This document shows, piece by piece, positions 25,151 through 35,700 of a stretch of 64,000 nt of DNA; position 1 is the stretch's first letter; each line of letters begins with the position of its first letter. Position numbers and translations under genes: made by a program. The notes under the pieces were generated by a model. The model saw only the letters and a program-made list of their open reading frames with translations. It ran no database searches and was not told the DNA's origin. This DNA comes from Anthoceros angustus (taxonomy: Eukaryota; Plantae; Anthocerotophyta): positions 1-64,000 of the forward strand of contig MU008196.1 in assembly GCA_010909165.1 (NCBI GenBank), read 5' to 3'.

Positions 25151-25326
25151 AAGACTTCTAGCTTGGGTGCACAAGGCAACAATTTAAGATAGCAGACCTC
25201 GCCTCCGGTTAAGTCGAGGCAGGCGTCTGCCCCGCCTACCGCCCCTTACGCTGGGAACGCGTCGACGGCCTAGAACGGTCTCGCCTAACGGCCTCGACGT
25301 TCTCGTGACGCCCTCCAGCGTCCTAA

Positions 25327-27236
25327 TATCACGATAGCTACCTTGGTGAGGATTGTGCACAAAGAACCCATTTGTCTTCTCACAATCCATTCGCTTTGGG
25401 GTTGTAGGGGTCGTCTTTCGATGCCGAATGTTGAAATAGGTGGTTAGGGACTCAATGACAGAGTTGAGGAAATGTGTCCCCCGGTCACTAACCAACTCCA
25501 AAGGACACCCGTACCTGGTTATGATATTCTCGAATAAAAATTTTGCTACTGCAGGTGCGTCGTCCTTCCTCGTTGCTTCAGCCTCCACCATCTTCGTGCA
25601 ATAATCCGTAGCCACCAAAATGTACTGCTTCCTCGTCCATTGCGTTGGTGGTTTGATTGGTCCTACGAAATCGATTCCCCACTTCTCGAACGGTGCTAAC
25701 GGTAAGATGTAGGTAAGAGGCCATTGTGTCGACAACGTAGGCCGCCCAACCCTCTGACACGCATCACACCTCCGAGTGAACTCCCACACATCCTTTTGCA
25801 TCGTAGCCCACCAGAACCCTGCATTCAAAATCTTCTTAACGGTCACCTGTACCGAATAGTGTCCACCTGCCTCCTCTGCATGTAGCGCCTCCGTGACGAG
25901 TGCAGCCTCCTCAGCTTCGAGACACCGTCGGATCTTCTCGTCCGGCCCAAGCTTGTACAGGATGCCTTCCCTTAGGCAATAGGGTGCGGCTTTATGGAGA
26001 AAAACAGCCCGCCCTTCTCTGGACAAACCATCCGGCATGATTCCATGCTCCAGGAACTTGCGCACTTCACCGTCCAACAAATATCTTGGGCATGAACGCC
26101 CCTCACGTTCTAATCTCCTCCTTCCAGGTCGACTACGTCGCCTCCTGCTAGGTCGCCCGTTAGTAGCCCCAGATGGAGTTGATCTATCCACAAATCTATT
26201 TTCTCCCTGCTTACCCATGCTGCAAGTCTCTTCCTGCAGCCCGTTTGCATGCTCTTCCTCTATTAACGGACTGATTTCGTCCATTCCTGCTGGTCTAGCC
26301 TCGTTTCTAGGTCCAGCTCGTGTTCCCATGGCGACCTCCTCGCCTTGTTGCACCTCCAGGGTCGAATTTTGATTAATTGCCCACAGATCTGCCAACTCTC
26401 CCTTCTGCAATTTCTGCTCAAACTTTTCATGGATCGCATCTCCTTCTTCGCCCCTTGGTGTGTTCACCTCCCTAGGGCCTTCTCCTCCTCGCGGCCCTAT
26501 GGCGCCTGGCTTCTGACCTCGCCAAGTGTGGCTCTTCTCGTCGCTCAAAAACAGTGTTCTCATGTCCGTTTTTGCTTCTTCCTTTTGCCAACGCGTGGCC
26601 TCCATTTGCAGCCCTCCTGACTGCTCACCCTTGAGGAGAATTCCAGCCTCCTCCTCGCGCCCATGCTGGCGCCCTCTTATCCTCTCTCGGATTTCCAGAT
26701 TGTCCTGCTGCAACTTTTCCTGCACAACGTTCCCTTTTTGCTCATTTGGCCTCTCTGCTAGCGACAAGACTTGCTGATCAATTCTTAGGCCGTCTATAAC
26801 ATGCTTACGTCCTCCCCCTTCGACCCGGGCCGTGGCAACCAACTCGTCAGAAATCCTATCCGTGGCTTCAAGTCGCTTCCGCCAGACGAGAAATGAAATC
26901 AGCATTCCGATGCTGCTTTCCTGGCCTAGTTTCTACGTCGTAGTCAAATTCTTGCAGCAGTAGTACCCATCTGGCAATCCTTCCTGACAAATCTGGCTTG
27001 TTGACAAGATACTTCAACGCAAAATGATCTACATGAAACGTCACCTTGCAAGGCGATAGTGTCTAAACTTTTACTGAGTAAATGATACCAAGACCCTCCC
27101 GCTCCGTGGTTGAGTAGTTCTTTCAAAGATCCGTGAGCGTCTACCCGCATAGAAAATCGGATGATCCCGTTTCTTCTCGTCCTTCTGACTCAAGATGGTC
27201 CCAATAGCATAAGCGGACACATCTAACACCATAAAC
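25327..27236 (-). pseudogene. pol: Gypsy (Athila/Tat-like) RNase H, long linker and integrase (HHCC zinc finger plus DDE core)
   Basis: LDVSAYAIGTILSQ..NYSTTEREGLGIIY..YLVNKPDLSGRIARWVLLLQEFDY..NADFISRL (27236-26880). GGHY..ILNAGFWWATMQKDV..CDACQR, PFEKWGIDFVGPIKP, YILVATDY and LELVSDRGTHF in ORF 25184-26905. Confidence 0.95.
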
Positions 27237-28061
27237 CTTCAAGAGGGGGAATTTACATGATGGGGGTTTTCTTGAAAATATGCGCCAAAGGGGGTTACAT
27301 GGGTCTCAAAGCATTTAATAGCATGTTTTGGTGAAAGAACCACAAAAAACAGGTGTCCCATACACGTTGTCCCCTTTTACAATATGGGTACACGCCGTGG
27401 AAGGGTGCTCAAATCCTTTACCCATATGATGAAGGCAAATTAAGACCCACCGTCGACTAATGCCGGGAAAGGATGCTGAACCTAGATTTGGGTCCGCTAG
27501 AAGAAAGTACGGTTGGCATGCAAAACCCATAGTCTCGCAAATTGCTTTTGATGTCAAGGGTTTGGCAAAGGGTAGAGGTCATGCGATCAAAAACCGACCG
27601 TATGCTTGGCGGCCTTGTTGAGCAGGGAGGCCGGGTCGGCCGCGCCTGCCTTGTCTATGGAGGTCACACCGATTCTGCCTTCTCCGCAGCATCACAAATT
27701 GAAGAACAAACACCACCTACGGATCGAAGATGGTTGGGATGATCGCAACAACGCCCTATCTATCATCCTCGACAAATTTGTCCAGCTATGGACAACACGC
27801 CACTATAATCTTGGGGCAAAGATAACCGCCCAAACACATACTTAATTTATTGGTGTTGCAAACCACATATACGGATACGGTATTGTATTGCATTGAGGTG
27901 GTAATGGACCAAAAGCCAAACATGATTCACGCTACCGGCTTACCCTAACAAAGGCTCGGACAAGGAGTAGGAATTTAGACCGGTGAAGCTAGAACCCTAT
28001 ATTTATCTCAGATGCGGGAACCATTGCCTCCTCTCCCAATTCCTTCTCCATGGAAGCACGT

Positions 28062-29572
28062 TTACTCATCTCCGGAGGTCACTCCCTCATCGCCGGACCC
28101 TCGCCCCGCACCATGGTCATCACTATCCTCGTGGGTACTTTGGATGTCAATAAACCCACGCAATTCATTCAACTTATCCTTTATCGCTTTCTTGTCAACA
28201 ACATATAAATGTTTTCGAGCATTCAAAGACGAATCCATAATAAAGGATTACCGCTTGCTCACAAAGACTTGAATATTTTTGGTATACAAGGATTTGCTTC
28301 CTTTCTTCCCTACCTTGAAGCCATGTTCGGTACCGCTTCCCGGAATTATATATTCCTCAACATATCTTCCCTCATATGCATCCGTATGCTCGGTCATATA
28401 CCAATGAACGAGGAAGTGAGGTTTGGCGACTCCAACTTCACATCTATGACCTTTCCAATCCAAAATGGTCCGTTGTGTGTCGTTGAACACGGACTGCTAT
28501 GAACATTCCTTTATTGATCTCCAATATCGCCATTCAAACGTGTCATATCTTCTTGTTGCTTGCCCAAATTTCTATATGCCCCAAATACATATCGCGTTGT
28601 GGAAGTTCGAATGAGCTGCCCAAAGAAGCGACGGCATGCATAAGGGCACCACTGCCACCACTCGAAAACCACTTCCATGGTCGCGTAACCAACCCGATAT
28701 GGTTGTCCACAGCAATTTCTTCCGGTCAACCCAACTCCTCCCACCATGTGTACTCTTCCGTAACGTAAGGCCGAGTCTGATAACCTCGCTCAAGCAACGC
28801 TGCTGCTGAGAGACAAGCGGCCTTTTTATCTCTAGCCCTAGCATAACTAAAGGAGCCGCAGCTTATGACCTCTGTGGCACAAACTTCAAAACTCCAAGCC
28901 TCCTTCGTTTCCCACAAATATGAGTATCGCTTACTCGACATAACACTGACCGCGCTTTCTCCTCGCGTGTTATCTTGAATTGATGCCGGAACGATGATTA
29001 TTCAATTTACTCACACCGAATACGCCCCGCCGCCCATCCCCGCCTTATTGGCCATACATACTCAAGTCGGAACTTGGGCCAAGATCTTCACCTCCCTTGG
29101 AGTGTACGCCTCGATAATAGTTGCCAATGCGCAGAGTGCGCTTCCTTGTGTTTCAAGCTTTTAGAGAAGCATGAAAACATCCGATCAATTTGATCATGGG
29201 TGTGCCCAACTAGCGGAAGCCCACCTTCACTTTCTCAAATGTTCCCATGTCTACCAACATGTTGAGATACGCAAAGAGTAGTTGGTTCTTGTTCTCCCAA
29301 GTGTTGTCCAGTACAACACTTTAGGCAGACCCCATCATAATTGTGGATAACATCTTGAATGATGTTTATAGTCAAATTACGGCGTCATTGCGGAGGTTGG
29401 CATAATGCAAATATGCCCTTGCTTTGTGAGTGTAATTGTGAATCATGCACCCCACAACGTGCACTGAAATACGACATTCTTCATCCAAATTCTCACTACT
29501 ACATTTGAGGATCCAAAACAACGCTCCAAAATAACGGTTGGAAAAGTCGTTGTTTCTTAGGTTCGGAGCCAT
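28062..29572 (-). pseudogene. Sola-like (DUF7869-type) DNA transposase remnant, N-terminus missing
   Basis: HVVGCMIH..KARAYLHYANLRND..TINIIQDVIH..LDNT-ENKNQLLFAYLNMLVDMGTFEKVKVGF-LVGHTHDQIDRMFSCFSKKL (~29470-29160). Acidic C-terminus KHLYVVDKKAIKDKLNELRGFID..GVTSGDE* (stop 28062-28064). Confidence 0.7.
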
Positions 29573-29760
29573 ACCTCGTTTGGTGTGGATTTAGGTACCA
29601 GCTAGGTCCGGTAATTCTTAACGGGTAATTTGAATTCTTAATGAGTAATTTTACTTTAACAAATAATTTTAATTCTCAATGATTAATTTTATATTTAATA
29701 AATATAGTATATAATTAATCTGATATTTAGTAAACAGTGGAGTACACTTAACGCGGCTTC

Positions 29761-30195
29761 ATTCGGACCCAACGGGTCCCGTCCCGTTATAACTTGTCGA
29801 ACTTAGCAGCCGTCCGAATCCAACGGGCCCCGTCCCCACCTAATGTGCACATCCCATCTCGTTAAGAGCTGAGAAGCCCATCCCGTCCCATTCGATCCTA
29901 AGGAGCCTTTCCCGTCCCAACGGCTCCGTCCGATCCTAACGGTTCCGTTCAGCCCTAACGGTAACAGCTCCGTCAAGTTCGGTCCTAAGGAGCCTGTCCT
30001 GTCCCAACGGCTCCGTCCGATCCTAACCGTTCCGTTCAGCCCTGACGGCTCCGTCCGATCCTAACGGTTCCATTCAGCCCTAGCGGGAACAGCTCCGTCC
30101 GATCCTAACGGTTCCGTTCATCCCTGACGGCTCCGTACGATCCTAACGGTTCCGTTTAGCCCTAGCGGAACAGTTCAAGTCGCATCCCGTCCGGA
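29761..30195. repeat. Tandem array of ~19 bp units (CGGCTCCGTCCGATCCTAA alternating with CGGTTCCGTTCAGCCCTAA/G)
   Basis: Directly visible. The core at 29905-30180 has a ~38 bp higher-order period. Confidence 0.85.
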
Positions 30196-30313
30196 ACAGC
30201 GACACACATCGTTCCTTCAATTGCGGGACTCATTTGTGCTCATCTCCTTGTTGGTGTTCCTCTTCTTTGATAGGTGAAGAAGAGGACCTCGAATGACAAC
30301 ACTTACAGGAGAT

Positions 30314-30314
30314 N
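30314..30314. other. Single N: probable scaffold or contig join
   Basis: Sequence reads GATNC, and the family B LTR homology stops here. Confidence 0.7.
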
Positions 30315-31775
30315 CTCTAGCAGCGATTCATCCTCGCACTGAGGGAGCAACTTGCCATTTCCCTTTATTTTCCCTCCTTACCCGCTGCTCGCTGCCTTCG
30401 ACTGTGACCGGTGTAGCGTGGGTTCCTCCTCCGCTGCCGTCCTCCTTTTCACGACCCCCGCTCGACTGCCGCCTTCGCTTCTTACCCTTGGAAACTTCCC
30501 CACCCTCTTCCGAACCTTCCGTGGAGGCGACTCAACTGGAATCCTTGCCCGAATCCTCCTTAAATTCCTCCTTCTACCTTGAGTTCCCCGACCGGCCCAA
30601 CCATGTATGGACATGCCCAACTCCGTTAAACACCCTAAATGCGCAAATACATGAATCGAAAAAGGCGAAATCAAGGAGGGCCGAGGGAAGGAGAGTAACG
30701 CCTTCTCCTCACTGTGCTCTTTCAAAATCATCCTTCCCCAATCAATTTGTGTACCCTTGACCACCTCGTGAAGAAAACCAAGAAGTGATCCGCCATATGA
30801 TCCATTCCCGGCTCAGAGGAAACACAAAATCCATTTGGCTAATCCCACCACCAACACGAGTTGAGTCGAGTCACCCATTGTTCACTCTCACTTCCCAGTT
30901 TCAGCCGTCTTTCACGGGGTCAATCACCAAGCTCCCATCTTCCGATGCTTCTCCATACGCCTCAAAGAGGGCCAAATCCCGCCTCAAGGGCCTCTTCCTC
31001 GCCCTCTTGCTCCCTTAATTGCCGGGCGACTCTTGCACCAATGCAGGTCGTCAGAACACCATTTCTTCTCCATGAACTGTGCCCACCCCCCGCACCAGCG
31101 CCTCTCCATCCATGTTGGGCCACCGGCAGGGATTTCGCAGCACTGGGCGCCATCTCCTTCTCTCGTTGTTTCCCAAAACAAAACCTCGACTCCCCGCAGA
31201 CTCGTCAAAAAAAATCAAGCCGCCTGGCCTCCTTCCACGCCCGCGAACTTGCCGGCCTGATTTCTCCTCCGCCCTGCCCCCTGCCGCGCTTCCTCCCGCA
31301 GACATGAGATGTAGATTTGGCTCAGTTGTACGCGCCTTCTTGCCGCAGCCCGCCTCCGACGCCTCCCGAAAGTCGCGACTGCGCCGGGTGTGCCCTTCTC
31401 GCCCGCCCGATCGACTGTAGTCCCGCCCGCCACTAGGGTTGTAAATTCCCTCGTCTCAGACGCCCTGCTTTCTGCCACCGTGGTGGAACTAGCCACCACC
31501 CCACTTGACTACTCAACTGTGGCATATTGTGAGCATCCCTAGCATATATAGACACCTTTTATTCTAAAAATTCCCAATACCCAAGGACTCTATTTCCCCA
31601 CCCTCCGGGTCAAACCTAAGGGTCGAAAATTATTATTATCTCCAAGGGCCAAGGACCATTCCTATAAAAGACCCGACTCGACGATTCTCAAAGCACTGCT
31701 ATTCTAACACATCCAAAACAAAAAAATCGCTCATCCCGACACTTGGGAGCGGGTTAGTGCACATGGTCTTCTATG
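30315..31775 (-). mobile_element. Gypsy family B long LTR, 5' part (ORF-bearing), truncated by the gap
   Basis: Reverse complement of 54313-55830. Includes MVKGTQIDWGRMIL..SLISPFSIHVF (ORF 30378-30764). Confidence 0.85.
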
Positions 31776-32382
31776 TGGTGCCTAGTAAAGCATCTTTCTT
31801 TTGGGGTGGACACCGCTTTTGTTGTAGACCCTTGTGCGCCTTGGCTAACGTGAGCCCCGAATTCACCGAAAGTGCAATGCGCTCCGGAGAGATCGTCAAG
31901 GTCCCGTGACGGACCCCAACGTGGTGGTGGTGCAGAAGGCGACAAGGGACCCTTGCCGTCTGCATAGTCTCGATGTCTGGATGACCGGAACGCTGCGTGA
32001 GCTGGGGAACTCCGGGAAGGCATGCAAAGCCTGGGCGGAGAGGCCCGGTGGAACGATGGAGGAGGTCTGGACCATGCGGCCCACCCACCTTTTTTCCAAG
32101 GCAATGAACGTAGTGAGAGTGGTGAGGAGATCGGACTAGACGAACGAGTGACGGACCAGAGTGTTACGGACGCGAACGAGTCCTTAAACGTTTAGCCACG
32201 CCGGTCCTGTTCGGTGAATGTTACGAGTCGTTAGCTGTGAATCGGTGGATGCGCATGCTTGAGCTCAAACGGCCACGACAAGAAGCGGTGAAACAATTAA
32301 AACGCTACAACGGAGGCCCTCGCTATTCCCTTTGAAAGGACTCTTACTACAACGACATCGGATTGTGCGCGCCTGGGTCACA
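31776..32382 (+). mobile_element. Gypsy family C LTR, 3' part ending ...GGGTCACA
   Basis: Reverse-complement homology to 53965-54312 plus 59240-59475. Confidence 0.65.
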
Positions 32383-32798
32383 CAACAAAAGTCGTGGCCA
32401 CACTCCTCCCACTCCGCCACCGGGCGCTCAATTCGCAGACCGCGTGGCCTTGGGAATGAGGGGTGTAGTGCACGAGGCTCACCGGGTGGCGAACGCACTG
32501 CCCTTGAGCGAGGGGTTCACAAGGTACTACCCGCCATATGCCCCACTGCCAGGTAATCCCCGACAGCTCAAAATCTCCATTACCTTGCCTGTGGGTGGGC
32601 AAGTGCTGGAGTAGTGCCTGGTTGCTGGGGCCCTAATGCACACCTCAAGAATTCCCGGGATGCTCCCATGCTTGCAGACGGCGGTGCATGGACGGACCCG
32701 CCTGTAGGATACACTCGCCTTGGGATGTCCCTGAGGGTGCTTCCTCGCACCTGGCAAGCCCCTCCCATTGCTCCTCGAACTCTTCCTCGTAGTCGTAC

Positions 32799-35700
32799 TG
32801 TGGAAGACCACATGTACACTAACCCTCCCCAAGACTGTTGGTTTGAATGTTTTTTTTGTTTTCTTATGTTTTGTGATGAAGTGCTTAGGAAATGTCCGAG
32901 GCCTTTTATACTAAAAGTGGTCCTTGGCCCATGACAATATTACTTTTACAAATAATTAGTCCTTGACCTTGAACTGTGTATGTAGAGTCCTTAGACCTTG
33001 GGATTTTTAGGAATAAAAAGTTGTCTGTAAGGTGGGGATCCTTCTCACCACACCCCGCCACGACCCTCCTTAGAATTAGACAATGGTAAGACGGGTTGGA
33101 AAGGAAAACAAATGGTCGGCTCCACAAAGTATTCGTGACACCCGCGATCTCAGTCCCTCGCGGAATTTCCTCTCTCGGCATGCATTGAGCACCGCCACTA
33201 GTCACCCCAACATGAGCTTGGTCACTCAGCCTCTGACCATCCGGATCTCCCCCGCCTCTTGTGACAGAGGACAACACACCGAATCACCCCGATCGGATGT
33301 CTCCAACCAACCACGTGCACAAATTCGACACACGGAGCTCACACCCGAAATTGTCTAACGAGAGACGCCAAGGGGTCTCTTGTACATTTGCAGCCGAGGG
33401 CCATAGCTCACTTTCCCAAAGGTTCAAAGATGGCTAACCTACCTCTAGTGTATAAAGATGGCTAACCTACCACGAGCGCCGCCACCAATTCTGCAGTATC
33501 TATGTTCAAGCTTCCTAGACCTTATCCTCTAATCCAAGTGAAAGCCTCACCTATGATGCCGGCCTCTAAAATCACCGCCTGCGGGCCGCCTAGCCCCGCA
33601 GCCTCCATGGGTGTTCCCCGCCTCCTACCACACCCGATCCCAAGATCCTCCTCATTATCTCCACCTCACCCCCGGCCATCCGAGGTCCCTTCACCTCCTA
33701 GGAGGTGCCGCCTGCTCATCGCCTCGCGACGCGCCGCCTCATCACTGGATGCCAAATGGCTCCATCCATCACGCCTAGCCTCCAATTTGCTCATTTCTCG
33801 AGCACAACCTCGTGAAGGGTATGCCCGCATCTGGGACAACCCTAGGTCGGCCTCTGAACTGAGGGAGTTGCATCCTCCTATAGCCCCGACGGGCTTCCCC
33901 ACCTCGGTCCTTCTTCCGCGACGGTGGCCGGCTTCCACCACCGTGGTGGTCAAGCCCTCACGGTGGGGTCGGCTCCACCACTGCGGGTCGCTTCACCACC
34001 GCAGCTACCACGGCCTTCTTCACCGCCTGCCTCTCGACCTCGCCCCAGCCTTATCTCTCTCGCTTATACCTCCGCTAGCTTTTGAACTTCTCCATAGGTG
34101 CCGCCTCCACTTGTTCCCCGGCCCCCGCTGACCCAAGAGAGGTCCTGTGGGTCTCGAGAGAGGAGAACTGGGAACATCTTGTGCGCGGTGGTGTAAGGAG
34201 GTCCGTGTGGCGAGAAAGGGGAGCGAGAGGGAGTTCATGTGTGGTAGAGTGGGAGGTCTCTGGAAAAAGGGAAAGGAGAGAAGTGTGGCTACTGAGGGAG
34301 TATGCGGCACGTTTTGAGGAAACGGGAATGTTAGAAAGGGGAGAAGTGAGCAAATGAGATTTGCAGTGAGTCGACGCAAGTGAGGCCTGTGGTGTTCATG
34401 GTCATGGTGCCTAACCTCGAACGCCTCGAAAGGCCATTCCCTGAGTGAATTATAGGTGCGACCTGTGTGCCGTGAAATCATAACCCTAGAGACCACGAGG
34501 GACCTGGTGACCAAAACAATCACAGCACACGCTCTGCTGCCGTGGGGCCTCCACCACAGGTTGAATCAGCTAATTACTGGCTGAATCCCCACGGCAAACA
34601 ATCTGGACCCCAGCCTTCCACTGGTGGGTCTGTATGGTATGGGTTCTCGGTAGGGTAAGGATTGGTTAGGGTAGAGCTAGACCCATAGTTTTAGAATATC
34701 TTGACACAAAACCATTCCCTTGGGATCGAATCCTAGGACTATAACGACATAGAGGGTAAATGTGGCCTCATGCCTTCGGATGCAAAACCCATTCCACATT
34801 TTGGCTTCACGGGGAAGGGCGTAGCCTTGAATGCCCATGCCGATAGGAAAACGAACCATAGTCCTAGGATTATATGTCTTTGACATATTTAGTTTGGTAG
34901 ATGGATGCCACGAGTTGGAGTCGGAGGATTCTCAGAGTCGAAGGAAGCCCCAAGCAAAGCTATTGCGCAAAGGGAAAGATTGAAAAGGGTTGGATCGGGA
35001 GTTGAGGAGGATCCAATTGGAGGACGCTTGGCCGGAAGGAGGGGAGTAAGGAATCGACGAGGGCGAGGTCCGATCCTGTTGGAGCAAGATCCCCAATCTA
35101 CGGTTTTGGACGAGGTACCACGCCAAGAGGACCTTGACCAATCTTGTCCTCTAGGCGGTGTGCATTTGCAGATTCAACCAATCAACTCGCAGACACGCAA
35201 TCAACTGACATCGAACAGCCGAATCTTAGGTTACATGTACCACTGCAGTCGATGGCGGCCACCACCAAGCAACCTTACCTTGTATGGAGAGGGGAAGGCA
35301 TGAGGACCCCCATGAATTTGTTGAGCGCTTTGAGCAGCTGACATTTGCAAACCAGAAGCGGGTGATGCACAACAGGCTTCAACTGCTCTATGGAGTTCTT
35401 CTGGGAGGTCCAAAGAAAGTGGTATAGGCGAGTACCTCAAGTCAGCCACACCAACCACCTTTGAAGAATTAAAAGAATGCCTCTGTGAGAGGTTTAGGGG
35501 ATTGACTAAGGGCTACGTGTTGTCCAAGCTTGAGAGGTTACAAAGAGAGAGGAAGGAAACCTTGCAAGCGTATGTTGAGAGGTTTCATAGCCACGGATCG
35601 GTGGTCCTCATTCGGAGTTGCTGTGCAATACGGTTTCGCATGGGTTCTAAGATGGGAAGATTAAGCAGCGGAGAAGAATTTGGGCAAACCTATCAAAGGC

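Larger units (their letters stand above)
11178..25326 (-). mobile_element. Crypton-like element, copy 2: candidate full length (~9.9 kb without the 4270 bp duplication) with two divergent genes
   Basis: Left junction CGTA|AAGTCGC as in copy 1. Right junction where Gypsy integrase resumes (~25327). Contains the recombinase gene (-) and ORF2 (+). Confidence 0.6.

Noticed and set aside
27239-27556. Possible short solo LTR interrupting the Gypsy RNase H
   Set aside because: It starts TC rather than TG, has no TSD, and has no second copy in the window.
29761-30195. CRISPR-like appearance of the repeat array
   Set aside because: No unique spacers, the units abut directly, there are no cas genes, and the context is eukaryotic.
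34705-34769. Hammerhead ribozyme (retrozyme) in the LTR
   Set aside because: No CUGANGA/GAAA core in the required arrangement on either strand.
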